Below are positions 33,711 to 44,600 of a stretch of DNA of 56,798 nucleotides, piece by piece. Origin of the DNA: a virus. Its lineage: Duplodnaviria; Caudoviricetes. The stretch is taken from positions 1-56,798 of IMG/VR virus record IMGVR_UViG_3300049845_000287. One strand, written 5' to 3'. The notes under the pieces were generated by a model, which saw nothing but the letters and a program-made list of their open reading frames with translations, searched no databases and had not been told where the DNA came from. Both the position numbers and the translations under genes were made by a program. The first letter of the stretch is position 1. Each line of letters opens with the position of its first letter.

Positions 33711-34892
33711 ATGCACGCACCTGAGCCCCGGCATCTCAACGACTGGCTATGGAAGCCGTCCGTCGAGGAGTCCATCTGCAACAACCCGTTCCACGCCGTC
33801 ATGTGCAAGGTGCTCTCCGGCTACACCGCTTCCCCGATGGACCCGTTCTGGGAAGAGGACTCGCCGTTCACCAAGCTCGCCAAGCTGGTCAAGGCCGAAC
33901 TGATCCTGCCCGAGGGCGATGTCATCTATGTCCGCGAGCGCGACAACCTCATCCCGCTCGGCGAGGCCATCGGCCTGCTCGCGTACTACATGCACGTCGA
34001 CCGGCATGACGCGCGCAAGGCCGCCGACGTGCTGGAGACCAACTTCCAAGGCTACTTCCCCATCACGGGCGACAAGGTGTGGCGAGGCGGCATCTCGCTC
34101 GAGTACCCGAACACGACCGTCAAAGGCGGCCCACCCAACAGGGTGCTCATCGACCTGGCCACGATGGAGGCCGAGAAGCCCGGCATCGTCCCCGGCATCC
34201 CCGAGTTCGGTGTCCACACCGTCACGAGCGCCACGACCGATGTGCTGTGGAAGTTCTTCAACCTCATCAACACGGCGGTCGGCGAGGACCACTTCTTCGA
34301 GAAGGCGCTCATGTACCCGTTCAACCAGCGGATAAGGGAGAAGTCCCATGTACTGGTGGGCAAGGGGGGCAACGGGAAGTCGTTGTTCATGCGGATGGTG
34401 CAGCGTCTGTACGGCGACCGCGCCTACACTGATGCTCCTCAGCCCAACTTCAGAGGCCACGATCCGGCCGTCATCGCTTACAACTTCGTCGGCAAACGAG
34501 TGGTCACCTTCAACGACGTCGGCGACCCCAGCGAGGCGTTCCTCGAATGGCTCAAGCGCATGATCACCGGCAACCTCGAGGTCAAGACCCCGAGCGGCGC
34601 CTGGCTCTCTGTCCCCTGCGTGACCAACTTCATGCTCGAGACGAACCACGCTCCGGCAGTGCTCGACATCGAGGCCCACGCGAGGCGCTACGTCATCCGC
34701 ACCTTCGACGAGGGCTTCAAGCTCAACGAGCACATGACCGAGGTGGAGTTGGACATGATAGGAGAACGCGGTAGTATCACCGCAGGTGACCTCGTCAACT
34801 ACCTGATGCACGTCAAGCCCGACATCACGGACTGGAAGACGTTCACCGCACCTGTCGTACAGGAGATGCCGGTTGCCGCAGCCGACTACTGA
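33711..34892 (+). CDS. superfamily 3 (D5/P4-type) DNA helicase
   Basis: Walker A LVGKGGNGKS, Walker B VVTFND, LKRMITG, motif C FMLETNH, ARRY. Confidence 0.88.
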   Translation: MHAPEPRHLNDWLWKPSVEESICNNPFHAVMCKVLSGYTASPMDPFWEEDSPFTKLAKLVKAELILPEGDVIYVRERDNLIPLGEAIGLLAYYMHVDRHDARKAADVLETNFQGYFPITGDKVWRGGISLEYPNTTVKGGPPNRVLIDLATMEAEKPGIVPGIPEFGVHTVTSATTDVLWKFFNLINTAVGEDHFFEKALMYPFNQRIREKSHVLVGKGGNGKSLFMRMVQRLYGDRAYTDAPQPNFRGHDPAVIAYNFVGKRVVTFNDVGDPSEAFLEWLKRMITGNLEVKTPSGAWLSVPCVTNFMLETNHAPAVLDIEAHARRYVIRTFDEGFKLNEHMTEVELDMIGERGSITAGDLVNYLMHVKPDITDWKTFTAPVVQEMPVAAADY

Positions 34893-35154
34893 GGTCTGCC
34901 CCTTCGCACTCGAGGCCATCGCATACCTCGAACGTAACGACATCACCTCGATCTCGCTGATCGGGAACCAGCTCCTGGCCGCCAAGGACGGGAACCGCGA
35001 CGTCTACATCTGGCTCACGCACATGAAGGACCGCGGTATCCCGATCCCGGCCCACCTGTTCGGGCGCGGGAACCACCGGCCCGCCCGTGTCGACGTCCTC
35101 GCGCTGCACCCCGATGGGAGGTTCAGGTGGCTCATCAACGTGGTGGAACAATGA
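34873..35154 (+). CDS. hypothetical protein
   Basis: 93 aa ORF, ATGA-coupled downstream; start uncertain. Confidence 0.6.
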   Translation: MPQPTTEVCPFALEAIAYLERNDITSISLIGNQLLAAKDGNRDVYIWLTHMKDRGIPIPAHLFGRGNHRPARVDVLALHPDGRFRWLINVVEQ

Positions 35155-35501
35155 AGGCCGAACAGACGGAGCTCTTCGACTCGCCGAACCGCAAACCGAC
35201 CCGCCGGCGCGTCCATTCGGTCGCCGAGGCGGCGGATGCGACACGCCGTGGGAGCTGGACATGCTGGAAGGCGTGCGAGTATTGCAGCAAGGCCACCCAC
35301 GAGCAGGCCCACGAGAACCCCAAGTTCCGGATATACCGCCTTTGCGAACGGCCTGGACGGCAGATAGAGGAGCTTTGCTTCGAGAAGACGAGGATCTGCG
35401 ACCACGCCAAGATGATCGAGACGCGGTGGTCGCCACGTCCTGCGCCGCCGCCACCGCCTCCACGCCCCATGTCACCCGCAAGCGGGTGGGACGACTACTG
35501 A
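35151..35501 (+). CDS. Cys-containing hypothetical protein
   Basis: ATGA-coupled; CWKACEYC...C...C...CDH. Confidence 0.55.
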   Translation: MKAEQTELFDSPNRKPTRRRVHSVAEAADATRRGSWTCWKACEYCSKATHEQAHENPKFRIYRLCERPGRQIEELCFEKTRICDHAKMIETRWSPRPAPPPPPPRPMSPASGWDDY

Positions 35502-35507
35502 TATACT
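35499..35507 (+). promoter_or_regulatory. putative extended -10 promoter for the virion module
   Basis: TGATATACT, 25 nt upstream of 35532. Confidence 0.5.
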
Positions 35508-35531
35508 CACCTCCGAGACGGGAGGTGAACC

Positions 35532-36812
35532 TTGGCGAAGCAGATCATCCGGGTCGAACAGTCGGACTCAGACAAGCTCTTCCGCGAGAAGGTGAACTCC
35601 AACTTCCTCCGCGTCGCCGAGGAATCCGCCGCTCCCACGCATACCCACGAGCACACTCATGACGACCCGGACCTCTCGGGCTACTGCACGATGGAGCTCT
35701 ACACCGAGCTCGAGGCGCGCGTCCGTGTCCTCGAGAGCCTGATCGGCGGCGGAGGCCAGTTCACCAAAGAAGGCGGCGTCGGCGTCTGGATGGTCAACGG
35801 CACCGGCGCGGCCACCGTCCGCGGTGATGTCGTCGCGCTCGACCCGGACAGCGATAACAAGTTCGTCCTGTGCAGCGGCGGCCTCGACCCCATCGGTGTC
35901 GTCTATTCGAGGAACAAGGACATCGACGCGCTGTGCCTCATCATCGTCGCCGGCCGCGCGCAGGTGCGTCTCGAGGACGACCTGGTCGCGTATCCGGGCG
36001 ACCTGCTCCTGGCGAGCGACACCGTCGACGGGCGCGCCGAGCCCGCCACGCTTGCCGGGATCTCCGACGCCGACCACTGGCGCGAGGTCGGCCATGTGAG
36101 CATGGCGACCGGCGGTGGCGAGGTCAGCACCGTGGTAGAGCACACCTTCACCGATGGCGGCTCCCCTCCCTACGCGGTGCTCGAGACGCCGGAGGCCACC
36201 TGGGAGCCGATCGGCGCCGAGCCGACCGCGGACTGGCGGTGGCAGGTCGACGTGAGCTACCTGTTGCAGCTTGATGAGCTCATCTCGGATGTCGAAAGGT
36301 TCACCGTCATCCACTCGATCAACGCAGGAACGCTCCCTGCTCCATGGCAGGCAGGTATCACCGACCTCGTGTCCTGGGTCTTCTACGGGCAGATCTACGA
36401 CCCGGCCTCTCCCAGCGTGGCGGTCAAGGGCGATCGCAGCCTCGGCAACCGTGCCATCGCGGGAGGCACGCTCGGTGCGGACGACTGGCATTACGAGATC
36501 GAGCGCATCCCCGGCACCAGCGCGAACTGGCGCTACCGGGTCAGCTATGACGCGGGCTCGACCTGGAGCGGATGGTCGAACCTCTCGACCGGCACCTACA
36601 CCGACGGGTCCTACAAGTGCTCGATGAAGTTCAGGTGTGCGGGGACCGTCGACGTGAACAACACCGGTGGCGCGTCTGCCGCTCCGACATGGTTCCCCGA
36701 TTCGAGCATCTCGGTATCGGAGATCACGGTCTCAGGTACGACCGTCGAGACTCTTCCCGAGCCTGATACCGAATACCCCGGCCTGACGTGGGCCGTCGTC
36801 CACTTCAACTAG
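35532..36812 (+). CDS. virion decoration/fibre protein (DUF2190-like cement fold with an inserted domain)
   Basis: TTG start with GGGAGGT RBS; RGDVV, PIGVV, AGRAQV, GDLL.AS motifs; C-terminal VVHFN. Confidence 0.6.
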   Translation: MAKQIIRVEQSDSDKLFREKVNSNFLRVAEESAAPTHTHEHTHDDPDLSGYCTMELYTELEARVRVLESLIGGGGQFTKEGGVGVWMVNGTGAATVRGDVVALDPDSDNKFVLCSGGLDPIGVVYSRNKDIDALCLIIVAGRAQVRLEDDLVAYPGDLLLASDTVDGRAEPATLAGISDADHWREVGHVSMATGGGEVSTVVEHTFTDGGSPPYAVLETPEATWEPIGAEPTADWRWQVDVSYLLQLDELISDVERFTVIHSINAGTLPAPWQAGITDLVSWVFYGQIYDPASPSVAVKGDRSLGNRAIAGGTLGADDWHYEIERIPGTSANWRYRVSYDAGSTWSGWSNLSTGTYTDGSYKCSMKFRCAGTVDVNNTGGASAAPTWFPDSSISVSEITVSGTTVETLPEPDTEYPGLTWAVVHFN

Positions 36813-36817
36813 GAGTC

Positions 36818-38659
36818 ATGATGATCCATCCCGACAGATGGACTCCCACGGTCAAGAAGCGCGAGACCGCCTTCGGCGACTTCTCGACGCCGAACCTGTT
36901 CGACAAGGCCAAGAACAAGGCCGGCCAGATCGGGCGCAGCGTCAAGTCCAAGGTCGACAAGGTCGCCGAGCGCAAGGTGACGCCTTACATGCAGGGGCCG
37001 GTGAAGTACCGCAAGGGCGACGGGCAGCTCTCGACCAAGGAAGAGAATCTCGCTCTGCCGCATCCGACCCCGGCACACGCCGAGCAGGCGCAGGCCAATG
37101 AGCTCAAGACACGCCCCAAGGTGCGGACGAGCTACGCCGGGGATCCTCGGGCATACGGTGGCGGCCCCGAGACGCCCGCTATCAAGCGCGGACTGGCGCT
37201 CATCACCGGGCCGACCGGCCAGGACATGGGCTCGCTTATCAACCCGAAGCTTCTTGAAGAGGTCAAGGAGCAGGGCTTCCCGCCTCCCGCGGACCCGATG
37301 GACATGGACTTCGAGCCGACTCCGCAGCAAGAGCTCGTTGGACAGGCGTTGAGCGCGCCGATCATATCCACTCTCGAGGTCGGCGGTGACGCGCTCAACC
37401 GTCTCGGAGGAGGCAGGCGCAACGCCGCCGACAACCCGTACCGCGAGGACGACGACCCGGTCTATCGCTACGTCACCCCCGAGAACGAGGAGTTCACCTC
37501 GGCCGACCTGAAGCACTACTTCTCGATGGGCGACGGTGAACCGGTCACCGACGAGTTCCTGAACACGGCCCGCGCCTACAAGCCCGAGTTCTATACCCAC
37601 CACGTCCCCGGCGCGGAGCTTGCCTCGGACGGGAAGACCTGGGTGCGCTACACCCATCTCGCACTCGGAGACGAGAAGAACCCGGTCATCGTCCCTGTCG
37701 AGGACTTCGAGAACCGCACCTACCTCGGCCAGGGGATCAGCCCGGACTACATCGGCCCCGAGCTCGACGAAATCTGGCGCACCCAGATCAACGAGAACAA
37801 GTTCGGCACCGCCGTCCCGCGCGCCCCGCTCCAGGACCGCACGAACAAGTGGGCGTGGGAGCCCGGCTTCGACCCGAAAGACATCCCGTGGGACGAGCAG
37901 ATGGAGTGGTACACCGACCTCTCGCTCGGTTCCTCGCCCTACTATGTGCCCGGCGTGCGCTACGGCGCGGGCGCTGCGCGGGCGCTTCCTTATGCGCTTG
38001 GGTACGAGGGCGAGACCGGTATGGGCCAGGGAGTCGGGCTCGACAACGTGATGGGCATGGGGAACCTGTCCTACAACGACAAGGACCTCAATGTCGGCCA
38101 AGCGGTCGGCGGCACCGTCCAGCCGATGGTGGAAGCGTGGGCCGAGTACGGCCTGTCGGACACCGCGGTCGGCGGTGCCATGAAGCTCGCCAAGGTCATG
38201 CCGAAGGGGTTGCGCACCTCTCTGTCGAAGACCGCCGCTGCCCAGGCGTTCGGCCCGCTCGGCAGGACGCTGCCCGCGCAGGTGGTGGCCGGCGGCCTCA
38301 CAGAAGGGTTCGAGGAGATCCTCGGCGTCATCCCCGGCATGATCGCCCAGGACGGCCTTGGCAACCTCGGCCGTGACCGCAAGTGGAACGACAAGATGGA
38401 GCGGTGGGACTACGGCAAGGGTGACTTCTGGACACGGGCGGGCAACGTCGGCACCGCGATGGGCGAGGCGTTCGCATCAGGTGCGGCCATGGGCCTGCCG
38501 ATGTCGCTCGGTGGCGAGCTCCTCTCGCGCGCCAAGGGAGAAGGCACGACCGGCAAGAAGCCATACGTCGCACCGCCACAGATAGAAGCCGCACCCAGAG
38601 CGGACGGTCAGAGCCAAAGCGACCGTATCGCCGCGTTCCGTGATGAGAGGGCTCGCTGA
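36818..38659 (+). CDS. putative internal virion (ejection) protein
   Basis: 613 aa; C-terminal Gly/Ala-rich hydrophobic region with EGFEE motif typical of podovirus ejection proteins. Confidence 0.6.
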   Translation: MMIHPDRWTPTVKKRETAFGDFSTPNLFDKAKNKAGQIGRSVKSKVDKVAERKVTPYMQGPVKYRKGDGQLSTKEENLALPHPTPAHAEQAQANELKTRPKVRTSYAGDPRAYGGGPETPAIKRGLALITGPTGQDMGSLINPKLLEEVKEQGFPPPADPMDMDFEPTPQQELVGQALSAPIISTLEVGGDALNRLGGGRRNAADNPYREDDDPVYRYVTPENEEFTSADLKHYFSMGDGEPVTDEFLNTARAYKPEFYTHHVPGAELASDGKTWVRYTHLALGDEKNPVIVPVEDFENRTYLGQGISPDYIGPELDEIWRTQINENKFGTAVPRAPLQDRTNKWAWEPGFDPKDIPWDEQMEWYTDLSLGSSPYYVPGVRYGAGAARALPYALGYEGETGMGQGVGLDNVMGMGNLSYNDKDLNVGQAVGGTVQPMVEAWAEYGLSDTAVGGAMKLAKVMPKGLRTSLSKTAAAQAFGPLGRTLPAQVVAGGLTEGFEEILGVIPGMIAQDGLGNLGRDRKWNDKMERWDYGKGDFWTRAGNVGTAMGEAFASGAAMGLPMSLGGELLSRAKGEGTTGKKPYVAPPQIEAAPRADGQSQSDRIAAFRDERAR

Positions 38660-41600
38660 TGTCGAAGACCCATGGTGCCCCTACCGTCGGCCCCGGCGGG
38701 ACCAGAGGCGATGCCGAGCAGGGGCAACCGCGCATCAACATCCCGAAGATCGAGGTCGATGTACCGGCTATCGAGACCCCGGTCACCGAGGCACCGGCGG
38801 AGACCGGAGCACCGCAGGGTACACCCCAAGGCGCACCGAAGACCGTGGTGCCGCCTGCGGCCCCGGCGCCTGTCGCTCCTCCTGCGGGCCCTCGCCCCGG
38901 CACGGTCGAAGCGATGCAGGGGATCCCGAAGCCGGTCGAACAACGCGCCGAGCAGACCGTCCTTCCCGGCTTCGAACCACCTCCGGCACCCCTCGAAGGA
39001 CCGCCTCCGGTCAGCGCACCGCCGGCTCAGGGCCAGGCTCCGATCCCCGACCTGATGCAGACGCAGGCGGTCGAAGGCACGGGCGCTCCTGCGGCGCTGG
39101 GCGCAGAGCAGCTCGGGTCGCTCCAGACGCAATCGACCGTCGTGAAAAACGAAGAGAAGCTGCTCGAGCAGGGCGGCCTCGAGGCGACTTCCCCCGTGTC
39201 TCAAGCGCGTGTCCCGACCGTCGAGGAACTGACCGGTGGCGAAGACCTGTTCGCGGCCGAGCAGACCGACGTGATCGCGAATCGTGCGGTCGACATGGAG
39301 GATATGGTCCCGCCGACCAAGGCGACCAGGGCGAACCTGCCTGACCGCTCGTCGAAGGCCGTGCTCAAGGAGCAGCGCGAAGAGGCGACCGCCGGGTACG
39401 GCACCGACGAGACGGGAACGGCCGTCCGCGGCAAGCTCTCCGCAGGGTGGGACGTCAAGATCCACGAGATCTCGGTGTCCGCCGAGCAGCTCGTCGACGC
39501 ATGGCGGCATCAGACCTCCGGTCTGCGCGAGCTCATGACCGAGTACGGCTACGACCAGGAGCAGATGCTCGCCAACCGCGCGTACGCGATCTGGGCCGTG
39601 ACAGACCTGTTCACCAACAACGACATCGAGGCGCTGGCGATGAAGGCGCCGCTCGTCGACGAGGCGTCGGTGCATCGCCGCGTGGTCCGTATCAACAAGG
39701 GACGCGGCATCAAGATCAACCCCATCGTCTTCACGATGTGGAACGCCGACTTCGACGGCGACGACATGATCCTGTCCTTCGGCAGGGAGGCCATCCGTGA
39801 CGCCAAGAGCGCGATGGACTTCCTCATCGGCACGGACGGCGTGGGCAAGATCGACCCCGACTTCTTCGACATGGCTCCCTGGGGCGACGGGACCACCACG
39901 GTCTACGCGCACCTCAGAGAGCTGTTCGAGGGAGACCCCGACAACCCGCTCCTGCTCACCGAGGCCGAGCTCAAGGGGCTGGCGAGCGCCATCGAGCGCG
40001 GGTGGTCAAAGGACTCGAAGGTGCGCGCGGCTGGGTATCGGTCGCTCCTGCGCTGGTCGAGGCAGATCGGCGAGCGGTTCCCGGCCGGCCCCGGTCGTGA
40101 CGAGGCCGTCGCCAGGATACTGACCGACATCTACAACCAGAACAAAGACATCCGCATGCTCACCCTCGGGTTCACGGCGGGCTGGAACTACATCGCCCCC
40201 GCCGACCTCAACGGCGAGTACGGCGAGGAGTCCCAGTTCCCCGAGCTCGAGAGTGATTCGTCGACCCCGGCGAACATGAAGGACATGGAGCGGGCGCTCG
40301 GCACGCCGATCGGCTACGTCCCGGGCAAGAACATCCACTTCCGCGTGACCGCCAGCTTCCTCAAGGCGGCCCGCCAGGTCTCGTACTTCATGGGCATCAA
40401 GCCTCCGGGCGACACCTTCGAGGAGAAGGTCGCGCTCATGGCGAGCGGTATCGAGGCGTTCGACGAGGCCGAGCGCGGTGTCTCCGACTGGGCTCGCAGG
40501 CTCATCATCGAGTCTCTCGGCGGCTTCCCCGCAGACGGGCACCTCGACCCGAAGAAGTTCGACGCCTATATCAAGAAGTTCGTGAGGCGCTACAACTACA
40601 TCGCCTACACGGTGAACTCCGTGACGGCCACCTTCAACCTCGACGACACCATCTCACCGGCCGACCGGCAGAGCTACGTCAAGCCGATCCGCACGGCGAA
40701 CCAGATCGACATGAACCGCGACATCCGCAAGGAGTTCAAGAACGTCTTCGGCTCCTTCACGATGGGCAGGCTGTTCGGCAAGGAGTGCCCCAACGGCTGG
40801 GAGAACATCACGCTCGACGAGTTCGTCCACACCAACAGGGCCGATGCCACATCCCCGGCTGGCGCGAAGCTGCTCGGCCGCCCGTCGACCCCGCTCGACA
40901 CGCCGGCGCATCTCATCGGCCGTCTCGCCGACCTGCGCACCAGCTTCTCCAAGACCTACAACGACGAGTTCACCAAGTCGCTCAAGAAGCAGTTCAGCCC
41001 CGGCGGCGAGCTGCTCTTGCGCAAGGTCGGGATCCTGCGCAAGGAACAGCGGGTGGCCAAGAAGAACTCGGCACAGCTCGACGCCGACATGATCGTGCTG
41101 CTCGATGCCATGCGCTCGTTCTCCGTCGACATCTTCTACTTCCTCGGGTTCAACTCACCGGCCGATCTGGAGCGAAACCCGCTCGGCCAGAAGTTCCTGG
41201 GCGCGACCAACTACAACAAGCTCGGCGGCCTGATGTACGAGGCCGCCACCCGCTACCGGTTCGAGCCGGTCCAGCACGCAGAGAGGGAACTGCGCGCCGC
41301 GAAGAACGGCAAGGAGCGTCGGCACTGGGAGAGCGTCTTGCGCCACGAGCTCGGGGAGATCGCATCGAGCTCGGAGACCTGGGCTGTCATCGTGCATGAC
41401 TACGAGAACGGCGGGGACGTGCTCCCCCGCGTCCTGCTCTCCGACATGACCAAGACGCAGAAGGAAGCCGAGATCGTCAAGCTCGTCCACGAGAGCATCG
41501 TCGGACGACACGGCTACAACAAGGACGAGGTGGCCGCCGGGCTCATGGGCAACCCGAAGGGGCTCTACGCCCGCGACCGCTTCATCTCCGACTTCGGTCA

Positions 41601-44600
41601 CACGAACCTGATGAAGAACGTGAAGGCCGCATCAGACACCATCGACCGGTACGCCAAGCTCAACTGGACGACGATGGTGACCGACATCAAGAACGCCCGC
41701 GCAGGGGCGAAGCCCGACGAGATGAAGCAACTGCTCTCGCGCATCGCACGCGACCCCTCCATCCTCGTGCCTATCGAGAACTGGCAGATCGGCGACGCCG
41801 TCCTCTCGCTGATGGAGAAGTCCTACCCGTCCTCGGAGAAGGCGCAGCAGGAGCCAGAGGTCGCCTACATCTACTCGGCCATCAGCAACCTCATCAACGC
41901 TGGGACGTGGTCGGACCTCGTCGTCGGCGGTGACTTCGCCGTCGGCTCCATCTCCGCGATACGTCTCGCCCAGTCTCCGGGCATCCTGGCCAAGGCGATC
42001 TCCGACCCGAACTTCGCCATCCGCGTCTACGACGGGAAGGGCTCGACCATCCTGTCGCAGTACGCCCTGTTCAAGAAGAACAACCCGTCCGACAAGGAGA
42101 TCTGGGACTGGCTCGAGAACAACCCGCGCATGGCGATGGCGCTGCGCCTCACCACCATGGGCAACAGCGTCAACAAGAAGACCGGGTTCTCCTACACCAA
42201 CGCGACCAAGACGCTCGAGAAGTCGATGTACGAGCTGCGCAAGCCCGAGTCGGTCCCGATGCGCTGCCTCAAGAAGCTCGCCGACCATCCCGGCTTCTAT
42301 GCGATGGTCGCGCTCTCCGTCCCCATGGAGGGCCAGCGCAGGGTGCAGCTGAGGAAGACGGCAGGTGACAACGTCTGGAACGTCATCGAGCTCATCCGCT
42401 CGTTCAACAAGACCGGCATGACCGGTGAGAAGTTCGTCGAGGAGCTCGTCAAGCGCAACGGGCTTCCCGAGGGCATCACGCTCGACGAGGTCAAGAGGCT
42501 CTACAAGGAGGGCCAGAAGGCGACGACCTCGATCGCCGAGGCCGACCAGTACGACGTGCGCGACACGCGCGAGTACCAGATAGGCCAGCTCATGGCGCAC
42601 CTCGCGGCCAACCTCGAGGAGTACGCGGGTATCGTCGACACCATCCCCGGTGGCTCGCTCGGATTCCCTCCGCGCAAGATCGCACTCGACCTGTTCCAGT
42701 TCAGCGACGAGACCACGCTGCGGTCGTACTTCGACGCGGTGCAGGTCATGAGCGGCGCCAAGACGGAGGTCTCGACCTCGGTCAACGCCGCAGAGTCGAA
42801 GAAGAACGCCGCGCTGATGTTCCTCGCCCAGTACGTCCCGAAGGCGTGCGGCGCGCCCGAGCCTGTCCGGATGAAGACCGGGCAGCTCGCAGCCGTGTGG
42901 GAAGACCACATCGGCGACCAGGTGTTCTTCCCGCCGCTCACCGAGGACGGCAGCCCGGAGTGGTACTACATCAACGAGGCGAACCTCGAGTTCATCACCG
43001 AGTACGCGAACGAGAACTACGGCGGCATGGTCATGATCGAGGACACCGCGGCCTGCGTCGACCCGCTCTGCCGGTGTGCCCGGCACGCCAAGGCCGACCC
43101 GTCCACGAACTTCACGGGGCTGCAGACCACCGAGCTCGGTAGGTTCCTCACTGTGGTGCGTACGTTCTCGGGAGAGACGCTCAACCTCAAGATCAAGACG
43201 ACCGGCGACGACGAGACCGACTCCATCACCAAGAACAAGGTCTTCGAGATCCTCGACGTCGGTCTCGAGCGCAGGCTCAACGACGAGTGGGTCAAGCTCG
43301 GCATGAACCCGGCGCCCGAGACGCTGCTGGTCCTGCGCACGATGGTCGCCGAGAAGATGAAGGAGACCTACAAGGAGATGGGCTACGGCGAGGAGCTCAC
43401 GCTCGACGACTTCACCGCGCTCGCTCATTTCATGGTGCGCCCCTACGAGGCCGCCGACGGGCTGATGAAGATCAAGCTGCTCTCCATCGGCCAGCTCAAC
43501 GCCATCTGCCACGAGGCGGCGACCGCGTACGTCAACGAGCTCGGCGACCAGATCACCCACCAGGGTGTGCTCGACAGGATGGTCGAGGCGCTCTCCGACG
43601 ACAGCATCGTCGCCTCCGAGATGGACATCAACGACGTGACCGCGCTGGTCGACGTCGCGCCCAAGATGTTCATGACGCCGAGGCTGAAGTACCAGCGCAT
43701 GTCGAGCACGGGGCGCAACCTCGAGCTCGCCAAGCAGATCGTCAAGGAGAACCCCGACGTCCGTGCCCTGTCGGAGGAGGCGATGGACGACTACGAGTCC
43801 ATCCTGCTCAAGAAGGACAAGCGCGGCCTGGTCGACAGTTGGAAGAACCTCAACCTGTTCGGCGAGAAGTACATGAACAAGCGCTACAAGCTGCGCCTCA
43901 TCGGCATCTTCACCGACAAGGGTTCCATGTCCGAGGAGTTCATCGGCCCCCGCAACTGCTGGCTGCTCAAGCGCGGCGGGGCGTCGGTCGACACGATCGC
44001 CAGGGCGTACCGGCTCGGTATCACGGTGCTCATCGAGAACCCGTCCGAGGTCGACTGGAAAGAGGTCAGTCGCATGACCGGAGGGGAGATCGACGAGAGG
44101 CAACTCGTCGACAAGGGCGGCAACCGCTGGCTCATCCCGATGTTCGACATCCGGCTCAACGGACAGAACCGCTCCGAGAACCACGGCGCGTTCGACGCGG
44201 GCGTGGTCCACGTCCTGCCCGAGAGCGTCTACTTCTACTTCGAGAGCATCCTGAACAAGGACGCGGCGGCTGACGCCGAGTTCATCCCGACCAAGTGGTT
44301 CTCGGACAACATCACGTTCAAGCGCACCGGCACCTACCGGCTGCCCGCCAAAGCGGCGTTCGCCAACCTGATATGGGAGCAGCGTCCCCGTGGCGGCCCC
44401 GGTGTGGTCAACATCGACATCGCCACGCGCCAGCAGATCGAGGACTACTTCGTCGACGGGTACGTCTCCGACACGGCGGACGACGCGCCACCCGAGCTCG
44501 ACAAGAGCATCCCGCTCGATCTGGGCAAGGCCAACACCGAGGAGGGGAGCCGTGAGAACAACCGGTTCCTCGAGGACGTGAAGGTCTACCTGTCCCGCTA

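Noticed and set aside
33553-33903. ORF overlapping the helicase start, or read-through from 33384 into the helicase frame
   Set aside because: No RBS or slippery site seen, and the helicase has its own GAGG RBS and ATG at 33711
41503-41523. GRHGYNK as the RpoB GDKxxGRHGNKG motif
   Set aside because: First catalytic Lys absent, spacing off by one and context looks helical; kept only as a lead
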